Source: Lytechinus pictus
Lineage: Eukaryota
Length of the DNA stretch: 64,000 nt
Direction of reading: 5' to 3'
Assembly (NCBI RefSeq): GCF_037042905.1
Contig: NC_087245.1
Coordinates: forward strand, 8,620,001-8,684,000
The position numbers and the translations under genes are program-made. Positions 40,742-53,390 of the stretch are shown piece after piece (position 1 is the first letter of the stretch; every line of letters starts with the position of its first letter). The notes under the pieces were generated by a model that made no database searches, was not told the origin of the DNA, and saw nothing but the letters and a program-made list of their open reading frames with translations.

Positions 40742-41462
40742 CTAAAATATAATTGAGAATAAAAGGAAAGCTATAGGTAACATGTTTCTTATAATACAGA
40801 CAGAACAGTTGATGATATTTAAAAAAAAACTACAAACACATTTTTTCTGCTTAATACATAAAAAGACTAACAGGATTACAAGTTTTATTGATAAAATGAT
40901 AAAATATTTAACAACCAATATGGATTCAGGAAGGGGCACACCACATCCTCAGCTGTCTTGGAGCTTACACATAAGATACATACATGTATCTCTATTAACA
41001 ATTAAGAACACACTCTAGCAATATTCAATGATCTCTCTAAAGCCTTTGATGTTATTGACCACTCTATTTTGTTTAAAAAAAACCCAGATTACCATGGAAT
41101 AAGGGGCTTGCCACTAAAATGGATCACAAATTATTTAAGTGATCGAAAACATATTACTATATTGAATAAATGTGAGTCAAGCTCCAAGACAGTGAGATAT
41201 GGAGTGCCCCAGGGTTCAGTCCTCGGCCCACTCCTTTTTCTGTTATTTATAAATGTTGTACCCAATGTTCAAATATGCCAAATTTTGTGTTATTTGCAGA
41301 TGACACATGTGTCTCTATGTCTGGTAGCAATATTGATTTTCTGTTTAGAGATATGAATTCACAGCTTAAAAAGATCAATGAGTGGTTGTCAGTCAATAAT
41401 TCAATTGTGAATACTTCAAAAACAATATTGTTTAGTACATAGTTAAATTGAAATTATACTAC

Positions 41463-42380
41463 AAACTAGAGATGCTCGGCGGGTCGCGTGGCCGAGCACA
41501 TGTATCCCCCGAACTCACCGCATCATCCGTCATTGCGATATATAGAGTTCACACAGATATTTGACAAATACAATTGTCATGGCAACAATGACCCTACCCA
41601 CATTTTGCCTGTGGATACCAAATTTGATGACAATAATATGACGAAGCAGCATGACTCTGCAGAACCTAAAATATTGTCCAGTATCACCTGTTGGGGAATA
41701 CAATTATAGAGTATTCTGGATATATTTTATAAACCTAACCCTAAAACCCCCACCAAAAATGATAGGCATCTTCGCTTCACCTTCTAATATTGCTTCTGTT
41801 GTTATGACAAACTGGAAAAAAAGCAGAAGTTACAGGTTTTACCAAATTTTCCACAAAAATATGGTTACCATGGCAACCAAGTCTCCACCCACTCCAAAAT
41901 CATTAGGCGGCTTTGCTTTACCATAATGGACCTTCATGACAAATCAGAAGATAATTGGAGAAGAAATGCAGCCAGTAGAGCACTCACAAGGAAATCTCTG
42001 CTATTTCCAAAAAAACTCTTGTTAGCATGGCAACGATGTCTCCGCCCACACCAAAATCAATAGGCAGCTTTGCTTAATGGACCTTCATGCCACATTTGAA
42101 GATGATCGGAGAAGAAATGCAGCTGGTAGAGCGTTCACAAAGACATCTCTGCTATTTCCTCAAAAACTCTTGTTACCATGGCAACAAAGTCTCCGCCCAC
42201 ACCAAACTCGATACGCGGCTCTACTTTACCATACTCAACCTTCATGCCAAATTTGAAGATGATCGGAGAAGAAATGCAGCTGATAGAGCGCTCACAAGGA
42301 AATCTCTGCGGCGAACGCGGTGGCGGCGCGACAAGGCCAAATCCATAGTATCCTCCGAACTCTGTTCGGGGATACAATAA
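41463..42380 (-). mobile_element. HINE family B (different sequence, same architecture), inserted in the LINE RT remnant
   Basis: Minus-strand 3' end: hairpin TGCTCGGC..GCCGAGCA (41473-41498), then CTAGTT. Subterminal IRs GTATCCCCCGAAC (41502-41514) and GTTCGGGGATAC (42364-42375). Internal repeats with ccatggcaac..ctccgcccacaccaaa. Confidence 0.8.
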
Positions 42381-42616
42381 CTTTGAAATTACTCGACTTC
42401 ATAATGTAAAATCTTAAGGTATTCATTTGGATGACAACTTATCTTGGAAATTTCATACTAAACAGGTCTGTAATAAAATTGCCAAAAAGATTGGGGTAAT
42501 AGCCAAACTTAAATTTTTGCCTATCTCAGTTCTTAAAATGTTTTATCATGCTTTTATCACATCTGCCATTAACTATGGAGTGATTGCATGGGGATTCACA
42601 ACGGAAAGAAATATAC

Positions 42617-43762
42617 AACAAGTGGAATGCCTCTGGCGGTCTCACCTGCATCACGCGATTCAATATAGCAGCAGTGCTGACTTTGAAAACTACTGTAACT
42701 CGCACAAGATGTTCAGTGATACTTGGTTACTCTTATGTCCACGTTTTATGAACTAGACCAATACACTTACAGAGATATGATGGTAATTCAACAAATACCC
42801 CCAACATTGCCAAAGTTCATTGACCTTACATGACCTTTGACCTTGAACATGTGACCTAAAACTTGCACAGGATGTTCAGTGATACTTGATTACTCTTATG
42901 TCCAAGTTTCATGAGTCAGATCCATAAACTTTCAAAGTTATGATGGTAATTCAACAGATACCCCCATTATGGCCAAAGTTCATTGACCTTTGACCTTTGG
43001 CCTTAATCATGTGACCTGAAACTTTCACAGGATGTTCAGTGATACTTGATTACTATTATGTCCAGGTTTCATGAATCAGATCCATAAACTTTCAAAGTTA
43101 TGATGGTAATTCAACAGATACCCCCAATTTGGCCAAAGTTCATTGACCCTAAATGACCTTTGGCCTTAATCATGTGACCTGAAACTTTCACAGGATGTTC
43201 AGTGATACTTGATTACTATTATGTCCAAGTTTCATGAATCAGATCCATAAACTTTCAAAGTTATGATGGTAATTCAACAGATACCCCCAATTCGGCCAAA
43301 GTTCATTGACCCTAAATGACCTTTGACCTTGGTCATGTGATGTGAAACTCATGCATGATGTTCAGTGATACTTGATTATTACCTTATGTCCAAGTTTCAT
43401 GAACTAGGTCCATATATTTTCTAAGTTATGATGACATTTCAAAAACTTAACCTTAGGTTAAGATTTTGATGCTGTGTTGATTCCCCCAACATGGTATAAG
43501 TTCATTGACCCTAAATGACCTTTGACCTTGGTCATGTGACATGAAACTCAGGCAGGATGTTCAGTAATACTTGATTAACCTTATGGCCAAGTTTCATGAA
43601 CTAGGTCCATATACTTTCTAAGTTATGCTGTCTTTCCAAATACTTAATCTTCGGTTAAGATTTGGTGTTGACGCCGCCACCGCCGTCGGAAAAGCAGCGC
43701 CTATAGTCTCACTCTGCTATGCAGGTGAGACAAAAAACTCTGCTATGCAGGTGAGACAAAAA
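42617..43762 (-). mobile_element. HINE family A copy 2, inserted in a LINE RT remnant; one terminus duplicated
   Basis: Same termini as the element at 760-1918: GTCTCACCTGCAT...ATGCAGGTGAGAC, hairpin gtctcactctgctatgcaggtgagac, internal tandem repeats. Confidence 0.85.
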
Positions 43763-44289
43763 TGTAATTTTACAAAAACAAGCAATCTGTCTTATAACTC
43801 ATTCCCATTACCTCTCTGAAAATGCACCTCTATTCCAATAAAATAATATCTTACCAATTCAGAATATCATTACAGACCTGTTTTATGTATCAATGCCACA
43901 ACCATATGTTACCCAAGTCTCTTATACCACTCATATCAAATTAGAAACTGTTACAGTTACCACCCGCCATGTACATCTAAAATTAGACGATCTGATTTTT
44001 TATCTTGGACCACTCTTTTGGAACTCATTACCTAATTCTGTTAAATTATCTAAATCTCTTAATCAGTTTAAACGTGCATGTCTCTGAAACCAAGCACTTC
44101 TAAACACGGCCTTCCATTTACATGTATTGTAATGATTTGTTTTCACTCCCCCTCTCTCTTATTTGTAATTATGGTATGATTATGATTATATTGTTATTGT
44201 TCATTTGACCTATATCAATATGATTTATTGTTATTACAATGGGGCCAATTTATAAAAGCAGTAGTGCTTTCTTTGACCTCTGTGGAGCC

Positions 44290-44486
44290 GTGTTATGTGC
44301 AAACGCCGGGATATGTGCAAACAACGGTATATGTGCAAAATGTCGCCGGGATTTGTGCAAACAACAGAATTTGTGCAAACGCCACGCCGGGAAATGTGCA
44401 AATCTGTAAAAATTTATCAACAGCATCTGTGCAAACGTGACGACGGGATATGTGCAAATGAACAATTTTCAACGGAAATGTGCACA
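44290..44486 (+). repeat. Minisatellite of ~20-25 bp units with a tgtgcaaa core, probably within a Harbinger-like element starting at 44241
   Basis: About nine recurrences of tgtgca(aa), preceded by a GGGGCCAATTTATAAAAG terminus-like motif. Confidence 0.7.
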
Positions 44487-44941
44487 CCCTCTCCACATGT
44501 AATATATCTCCGTTATGTCAATGATTTGTTTATATAAACTGCGGAAATAAATTTGAATTTGAATTATCAATGTACTATCCAGAAAATACAACATCAGAAC
44601 AATGGAGCCAATACATTTCCCCTGCCAACAACTATTCCTATTTAGTTCATAAGATTTGTGGCTAACTCTCATCTTATGCCAAGTCTGTAGATGTCCTTGA
44701 GCAAGAGAACAGCAACTGTCACAGCAAATGTCCTGAAAATCAACTGTCTCACTATCATACAGCATCCCCTATTTCACACTCTATATAAAGTCAATGGGAA
44801 CGCCAAGTATGAATGAAGTATGAATAGGAACTGCATTTTTACCATCTACTGTACATTTGGTCAATTTGGTTAAATTGTTTCTATTCAAACAAAGAAAACT
44901 CTGCACAATGGCAATGTTCAAAGTATACATCCCTGACCTAC

Positions 44942-45123
44942 CTGGATTCTGTTTTGAGGTTCATGGCACTGATATCGTGGTACATTGATGCTCCTAAAAC
45001 CATGTCCATATTGGTCATCACCCCATAGGGTCCAGCACCTCGATCCTTGACCAGGGGGTCGCTCACATTTGGGTCAAACATGATAGCATTTGGTGTGACC
45101 AGCATAGTTCCACTCACAACACC
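44942..45123 (-). CDS. OXR1: OXR1/NCOA7 GRAM-like exon (GVVSGTMLVTPNAIMFDPNVSDPLVKDRGAGPYGV..)
   Basis: Family motif 'G.VSG.LLVTPN.IMFDP..SDPLV'; 182 nt, phase 0-2. Confidence 0.93.
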
Positions 45124-45204
45124 CTAAAACATAAAAGATAATGAAAAATTATATGCAATAAGCAAGCCAAGCAATGATTTTATGATTTTATGGTAGTGAT
45201 TTTT

Positions 45205-45389
45205 TACCTGAGAAAGCATGACTGCTTGTAAGCAAGCAAACCAGAGGACCGACAGCATAAGGCCCTCATAGAGGGACCTCGTAATGAGGATTTAAATGCC
45301 TTATCAAAGGGCACTAGGACACCAAGTGGGAATCGAACCCAGGACACCGGAATACAGAACCCCTGCTCTACTGAGCTATTGCTGCCTCC
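45205..45389 (-). mobile_element. tRNA-derived SINE
   Basis: Minus strand reads ggaggcagcaaTAGCTCAGTAG (A box) ..GGTTCGATTCC (B box), followed by a tagtgccctttgataaggcattta body. Confidence 0.75.
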
Positions 45390-45752
45390 TTATGATTATA
45401 TGATTTTATTGTCTACATGACTGTATTGCGATCAATTGAACAATACCTTAAGTCATATGCACATCAACAAGCATTGATTTCAGTTAGGAATCTTAAATAA
45501 TTTATAAATTTTCAAAAGAATACTGAAAAAGGATTTTTTTTTCTTTCAAAATAAATGAGAGCTGATTTGTGACTAAAAGCCCAGAAATTTGTGCAAATTT
45601 GTGTTCTTTCTTCTAGGGAGTGAAATTTATCATTTTGAAGGACTTCAATCAATGCTGACTTCAGTGATCTTCTTCTTGTGACTTTTTATGCTGAACAAAA
45701 AAAATTACAATCCTCTCACAAGATTTAATAAGTCACTAATTCCAGCTCCTAC

Positions 45753-46028
45753 CTCGCCATCTGTGATGTACTTGACATCAAGCTTGAGATACTGTCTACT
45801 GTCTTCCGAATCCCACTCCACTGACTTCTGCCTGACTGCATGGCCTGGCTGTGGCATGCTCTGGGCCTTCTGCAGTGGGGGACGGCTCTTCTGATCACTG
45901 TGGTCTCGTGTGAACGATCTGCGCAAGGAGAAAGATCTCCCCGTCCCGGTGCGACCTTTCTTTGAGGAGGGTGGGGCTTGGCTGACAGTGGGCACATCCC
46001 TAGGCTTCATGGCAACGGTTGGCACATC
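45753..46028 (-). CDS. OXR1: OXR1/NCOA7 exon (DVPTVAMKP..RQYLKLDVKYITDGE)
   Basis: Within ORF 45705..46034; AG/GT boundaries, 276 nt. Ends with the start of the GRAM-like region. Confidence 0.9.
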
Positions 46029-47603
46029 CTGCAATGAAAAAGAGCAGAATTCTGATTAAAAAGTGTGAGAAAAAAACCATGAAAATATTCTTAAAATTTT
46101 GGATTTAGTAGTAAACCAGAAAACCAAATCCAAGATTTGTTATTTCATCTTCTAAATTCATTTACTTTCCAGGATACAAACAAACTTAAAAAAAAAAAAA
46201 GACACAACATGTAGGTGTGTTATAGTACTGATCAAAATACTTGTTTAATACTCATGAGGCAAGAGACATTAACACTAAACATGTACGGTACATAAAATAC
46301 AGGGTAAAAAAAAACTTTTGACACATCTTGAAGAATATGACAAATGAAATCTGAAATATTCACTGAAAAGATATACGGTGAACATTAAACATCATCCTCA
46401 TTGTATGTGACATCACTTCAAACATAATAAAGGCTAGAATGACAAATTGCATAACAACCTTCCTATATAATGATCTACCAATTCCATCCATGCATTAAAG
46501 ACATGTGTAATCCAGATAAATGATAAGTTATTTTCCTCCTGTCCTAAACTTCATTCTATTTGTTTAAAGATTACAGTTGACTACTATATACACATATTTT
46601 GTTAACTTCATATAGGCTATGTGTAGATGAATTGAATCAATAGAACATAGTGGTTGTCATAGTGGTTTTGCAAAGTATATGAACTCTCCATTGTCTATTG
46701 TGTTAATATGATTCAATAACTTTGAATTATAACATGGAAATGCCATGCATTTTATCCCTTTTCCCATTTAGCTCGAAATGCATTCTTTAAAACTCTAATT
46801 CCTCATTTTATTATGCTGATCTTCTGAACCATACAATACTATAGATTAACCGATATGCTCTATTGATTTAATTCATCTATACATTAACAATATACATGTA
46901 TACTGTGCAGACAACTGTAATCTCCAAACAAATCCTGATAAACCATGTTTTCAATACCATAGCTTATTAATTCCCAATAGTTATGATACAAACAAACAGT
47001 GGCAACCCTGAATAAACCACAGTTGATGGTGGCTCTCCATCAGTACAAGTTTGTATCAATATTAGGGTGTGTTAAATGTTGATTTTCAAATTTAAACAGC
47101 AACACGAATCATGATTGAAAACTAAATTTTACAAAACAAAGAACACAAACATGATTAGTGGTGCACTGTTCAGGGTCGAATTAAAAAAAAAAAAGCGCTT
47201 GTCCCTAATGCACATATTTCATAGGTTGAAAATCAAGTTGCATTTGTTAATTATTCTGCAACGGGCTCCAGGGCCCTGTAATACAATGCTTAGCTAGAGA
47301 TCATGGGGGTGATTTTTATGAACACACACAATCAATCATACACATTAGCTCCAAGATCATTCATTAAGATTTATGTAAAACAGGACACAGAAAACATTTG
47401 GCAGGAATATTTACAAACTTGGGCTGATGAAGATGGTCAATTTTGCCACAAAGGTTTCTGGAGATAAAGATGCTCGGTAAAACCATTAAAATTTATGCTT
47501 TCTTTCAGGTTATTGTCCTTTTTTTTTTTTTGGGGGGGGGCGATGGGGGAAAAAGGTAAAGGTGTGAACAGTACAACTATTGACAAAGGATATATGTATT
47601 TAC

Positions 47604-47708
47604 CACTGTCTTTGGCGGTTGATCTGCATCCATGACAGTAGGAGATGTTGGTGAATGTAAGACTGGACTCAGTGGTACTTCCGCATCAGGGTCAGGGACG
47701 TATAGGAC
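47604..47708 (-). CDS. OXR1: OXR1/NCOA7 exon (VLYVPDPDAEVPLSPVLHSPTSPTVMDADQPPKTV)
   Basis: Completes LysM (VLYVPD). tgtag acceptor, gtaaat donor, 105 nt. Confidence 0.9.
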
Positions 47709-50700
47709 CTACACAGGAAATGAGATATAACACAACACAGAATTAGTATTTCACACATAAAATACAATGAAACATAGTCTGTTAATGATACAAACTGAAA
47801 CCATCTGTGATTTTGAATTAATAGTTAGGCACTTGCACACGATGAGAAGTCAGACCATGAATAGAGAAAAGGGAATAGTGAGTGTGTAACAATTTGTCAA
47901 CAGTTCTCTCATTTGCACATGTTACTGTTTGGGAGAAAGATAGCAAATCATTAAAATGTAGCACTCACAATTACAAATTCTATCCAACTTTAATTTTATT
48001 CAGGCTTGACTGATTTTTCTTTCCATTATTCAAGTTTAATTTGCTACTGGGGAAAGCGTGGCCATTGAATTACCAAACTAATCACACGCTTCTTCATAAA
48101 AAAATCTTCTGAGCTGATCTCTACAGAATATCAGTACACACTTTTAATATGTACGTGGAATATTTGCGGTGCATAATAACTGGCATAAATCAAGTACATA
48201 TCTCAATTATTCACTTAAATACCAAAAGGATACCGACTTGATTAATACCCATAGAATCATCACTGATAAATATTTATCAGTTTCATTATCAACATTCATA
48301 TTTACAATACAATGTCTCATCACTGTACTGTTAAATATGGTTCTGTTCGTTGATGAGGAGATTCTTACTGGTACTTTTTATTGCAATGTATGTATCTTGG
48401 ATAATTTTTAGTGTGTGCGTATGAGTACTATACCGGGTATGTAAATATCATCATTCATTGATTTGTAAAATAGATCAATTAGTATGAACACATTGTGAGA
48501 AAATTTGGGTCAAGATGACAAGATTCACAATGGTTGCTTCCACACCCACTCGATCGCTAAAATATCTTGTCCTGAAACATTTCTATTGGTGCAATTTAAA
48601 ACTTTCATACAACAGAACGAAATGATTGAAATTCCAAAATGAAACAATTTCCTGTCACTGTTGGCTAATCATCTATCATTTACATCAGGATACATGTATT
48701 CCAAGTCACCCGGTTTTTACATCACAAAAAAAAACATCCTTCTGTACTTCCTAAATCCTGGTATGTTACTCTACTTGCAACTTTCTGCCCAATGTTCTAA
48801 ACAAAATGGCACCCCCCCCCCGAACATGTAGAATTCAATGATTCATTGGTTCATATACATGTAGATAAAACAGTGGCAAACATTTTTGAAATGTTGCTCC
48901 TCTTCACTCTTTCTTTTTCTTAATTTTTCACAGTTTATGCAATCAATAATATATGAAATGAGAATTAAAGAATAGAAAACTTGATGAACATACTATTTCA
49001 TTAATGGCATTCATGAAAATAGTCTTTGAAATATGCCCATTGTGTTGGAAATTCAAAATGTAATTTTCCAAATAAGTAGCTTCAATGCTGAGATCCATTT
49101 TGGAGGTGAACTCCTTCATTCACGGTTAGCCAGTAATTTATCTCTACAGTGCCAAGAGTCCTTGGTCTACAATTGCTAAAGTATTGTATGGGAAAATGTC
49201 ATCAGAATGAGGGAAATCCAATTCAGCATCAGACAGAGCAATGACACAGGTAGTTTTCTGTAACAAGTATTTCTTTTTCCAGAATTTCTCAAGTTCTTCT
49301 TTAGCTGCTGCTTCAAGATGCAGGTTAGAGTAAACTCTGCAGTCAATCAATATTTAGGCAACTTTGACATTCATGGATCTCCTTGGTGGTTGAACTGAAA
49401 CAGAAATTCAGACATATTCATGACCTATGAACCACATACATAGATCCTCACAGACACCTGGCTACCAAACCAACGTCTTATTAGTTCAGCAGTCAAAGGG
49501 TTACACATGCAGTCAACGAGCCTCAAGTGCAAGCATCAAACATAGAACAAATCTCAAACGATCCATGAGCAAGTTGGAAGCACTGACAGAGACATTCGCA
49601 AGGAAAGTCCATGAAAAAGTAGCTCTGAATTAGGAACAAAGCAATGCATCCCAGACCTGTGGTACTCCTCCCTTTACTTGAACTCTTTCATACCTCAGAA
49701 CACATGGTCTAAATTGGGGAATCCCCTATACAAGGGAACACTTGGACGGCGCAATAGATATGTACATGTACATGCAAGCCTACTTGGTCAATGAAAAGAC
49801 AAAGGGTTTTTTGTACATGATGAACATTGCTCACAATGATGCAATGAAACCACAAATGAACACCTACAAATACTGTACATACAGGAAATAGACAAGGATA
49901 TCTTTAGAACGAAAACCAAAAGTTGAATTTTGTTTCAATAGCGCTACATATCTGAAATTATTATGATCAATGTGATTAATTCTCAGGGCCAATATTAAGA
50001 ACAAAGCAATAAAGAAGTCAATAATTCATATCTAGGAGTAGAACTTATATTTGGGGGCGATTTAATGGACAAGCAACTGCTCATACTTTTGCAATAGGCC
50101 TATATATTTGCCCATATATCATGTATGATAAGTACACATTAATTCAACCCCCTCCTATAGTATACTAAATTTTGCATACAATTTTTTGCCAAAAATATTA
50201 TAAAATGTATTGCAAATACACTTCCAAAGAGTGAAGTAATTAAAAATCATATCAAGAAGAGACTAAAGTCCTCCCAAACTACTGTTATCAATCATACAAT
50301 TACTAGTTCTTTAATGACATACATTCCCATTCTTGTATAATGGATGTATAATGTATACATGTTCATGGAGCTGCAACCCCTACCAACACTTGGTCCTTCC
50401 ACCAGTGGTCATCCCAATCATTCCTTGTCTCTCACTGTCCATCTTGCTGGATCAATATCCACCCTGCTAAAGAGTGCGTCCATTTGAAATACATGTATCA
50501 GATTGTGCAATAGGCTTTTTGGGATATTGATTGGAAACTGATTTAGGTCAGCCTTTCCAAGGTCATGAAAGCCAGTGAGAAAAAGTGTATTCATTGACAA
50601 TGCCAATGTTTCATTTCGATATTGAAGGTCTCTTTACACCATACTGGGGACAATGATCTGTCAGAAAATCATTCCCTCCATGTATTTGTAAAAGTGCAAA

Positions 50701-53390
50701 CCCTATAAAAATTGTCATTTAGATCCAGTATTAAAGAACAAATACTACTCCCCGAGAATAACTATGAAAAAAATAAGGAGCAATGGTGGAGCTAATCATT
50801 GAGAGCCAGTGACTTTTATACTACAAGTACAAATGCATGTAAATTTTGCTTGATGCCAACTAGATTATTTAAGTTGTACACAAGATTAAATAGGGTTCAT
50901 GGGAACAGGCTATTAATCAATATTCTGAGAATGTATGAATCAGGATTGGAAACTTGATCTATAGTGACCTTGTGGAGGTGCTAGACACGTGAAAGTACTG
51001 AGGTGGTTTTCTGAAAATTGTCTTAAATATTCTTGTAACTCGGCAAGATAACAGCTCGCTAAAATTGTCTCAAATCGGTATTCTGAAAATTGTCTTATCT
51101 CTGTAAGGACGTCCCATATTTCATCTCGGACACGCCCAATATTTATCATTAACCAATCAATAAACTTTTTATGCTTAGGCCAACAAATAGAAGCGTCTCT
51201 TCTGAAAAATAATTGGTGTAATTTCCTTGCGCCCCCGACGCTTATGCTTGTGCGCTTCAGTGCTAAAAATATGCTTGGTTGTTCTCATCTAGACATATAT
51301 TCCCTGAAAAGATTCATCATCTTGAATACCAATTTTTAATTGCTGAAAATCCATCGTTATGTCTTTGAAATGTATCCTTTTGTAAAACATGATGTTCCTG
51401 CGGGATGCAGCAAAAAATTATAATTGCAGACGGACAAATATCACATTCAACATTAAGTTACAATAGCCCCCTACCTCTTGTAAATTTTCTTGTATTTTGC
51501 AAGATAAGAGAATTTTCAGAATACCTTTTATCTCAATATGTTTTCTTGCGCACAGAGATATTTATGCGCCGTTTTGAACTTTACGCATAATTCTAGCTCT
51601 GATATCATACACGCTCAGCGAAAGTTACAAGAAAAGATACAAGAATTTTCAGAATACAGATTTTATTGTAACTCTGTAGATCAAAAGATTATTTCTCTGA
51701 CAAGTTTTCAGAATATGGCCCCTCAATCTCCATGATACTTATGCCTGTGAGAAATGCATTAATCAACAGTGCTCTTTTATCCCACATTTAAATAAATGAA
51801 AATGCTATACACATTCTTTGGAACTATGTGTGCTCTTAAAAAAAAACAAGTGTAGAAGCGAGAGCTTTTGAAAAAAAAAAAAAAAAATTTGAAGTTTACC
51901 AGGTGAAAAATAGCAAAACAACTTGCATCTAAAGGGTGGTAGATGTAGATGATATAAACATATAAGCAGAAGAAAGGAAAGGATGATTGCGCAGAAAAGG
52001 CCTACAAGATGGGAACATTTTTCCATGCTCCATGAGTTGTACCTACATGGAGTCTAGGGACCCGCTTCAAAAAGAGTTGTACTATTAATGATGCAACTAA
52101 AAATGCATGCTTGCATTTCAATTCATAGTTGAAACAATTTGAATTTCAATCCATCCAAGTTCTCCTATGGGCATTAGGTCACTGAATGGATTTAAAGAGG
52201 CCTGGGTGCATAAGAAAAGGAAAAGCTAGGGAGATGAGAATGATAATAATAATAACTAAAATTTTAATTCGTCATGAGGACGAATTAGGTGATTTGTCTC
52301 TGATTTTCATGATCACGAATACAATCACCATGTTTATTGAGATCAATACGATTATCATATTGAAAACTGAACTTTTATTACGAAAAGAACATGTTGAATA
52401 CTCTTGAAAAGAGGGAAATCAGAAGTTTTGTGAAATAGGTGTAGGTGATGCACATTGTACATGTTATATTAAAAGGGTTTTTAAACTATTTTATTGTGCA
52501 ATATTTTAACTTATATACCTTGTAATGGTCATAAAGGAACATTTGTGGAATGTAGAAAGAAACAAAAAAGAAAAAAAATTCTCCTATCCACCCCTGGGCA
52601 GGGTTGGCACGTTTTAAACGGTGTGTTTTAAAACATGTTTTAAAACGCGTTTTAAAACACCTCATAGACTTGTGTGTTATAAATATGCATGGATGTGATT
52701 TTACATGAATATATTTCTTAATACTTTTATTTCTTAAGTGGTATATTATTTTCTTCTAACTAAATCTCTTTCTCAACACCACTCTTTTTCTCCTCTCTCT
52801 TTCCCCCCTTATTCTCCCTTTCTCCATTGCTTTGAAATGTTCCTTTCCTCCTGTTCAGTTGTGCACATCAATCTATATTAAGAATATTCTCATTTTAACA
52901 AACATCTGATTGTTGTGCTCACTTTTAGACAGGGAAAGAAACACTATTTAAAATAAGCTCAAATATGTAATAGTAGTACTTGAATGAAATGGAAGTGTTG
53001 CATAAGCATAATAATATTTTTCAAATAGACAGTATAACTGACATTGTAACCTTGAGGTACACATGAAAGTAGGTGAAAATTTGCGCTTTGTAAAGATGAA
53101 GAAAAGTAGTTTAATTCAGAATGAGATAATCAGCTAGCAAACCTTAAAGGACAAGTCCACCCCAAGAAAAAGGTATAACGCTGAAAATTTCATTGAAATC
53201 GGGTGTAAAATAATAAAGTGATGACATTTTAAAGTTTCGCATAATTTCTCAAAACAGTTATATGCACATCCTGGTAGGTATGCAAATGAGGGGACTGATG
53301 ACATCACTCACTATTTATTTTGTATGTCGTTATTTTCTCATTGTCATGTGAAATAAAAAATTTTTCCTCCCTGAACATGTGTGGAACTAC

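Larger units (their letters stand above)
41020..44110 (+). mobile_element. 5'-truncated, frameshifted non-LTR retrotransposon (CR1/L2/Crack-like) RT remnant, split in three by two HINE insertions
   Basis: Collinear RT motifs: DLSKAFDVIDHSIL (~41032), GVPQGSVLGPLLFLLFIN, LFADDT (~41291), DDNLSWKFH..INYGVIAWG (42430-42600), ILQKQAI (~43767), LFWNSLPNSVK (~44013). Confidence 0.9.

Noticed and set aside
41069..41356. Active reverse transcriptase or retron-like system
   Set aside because: A frameshifted, truncated LINE relic interrupted by two insertions.
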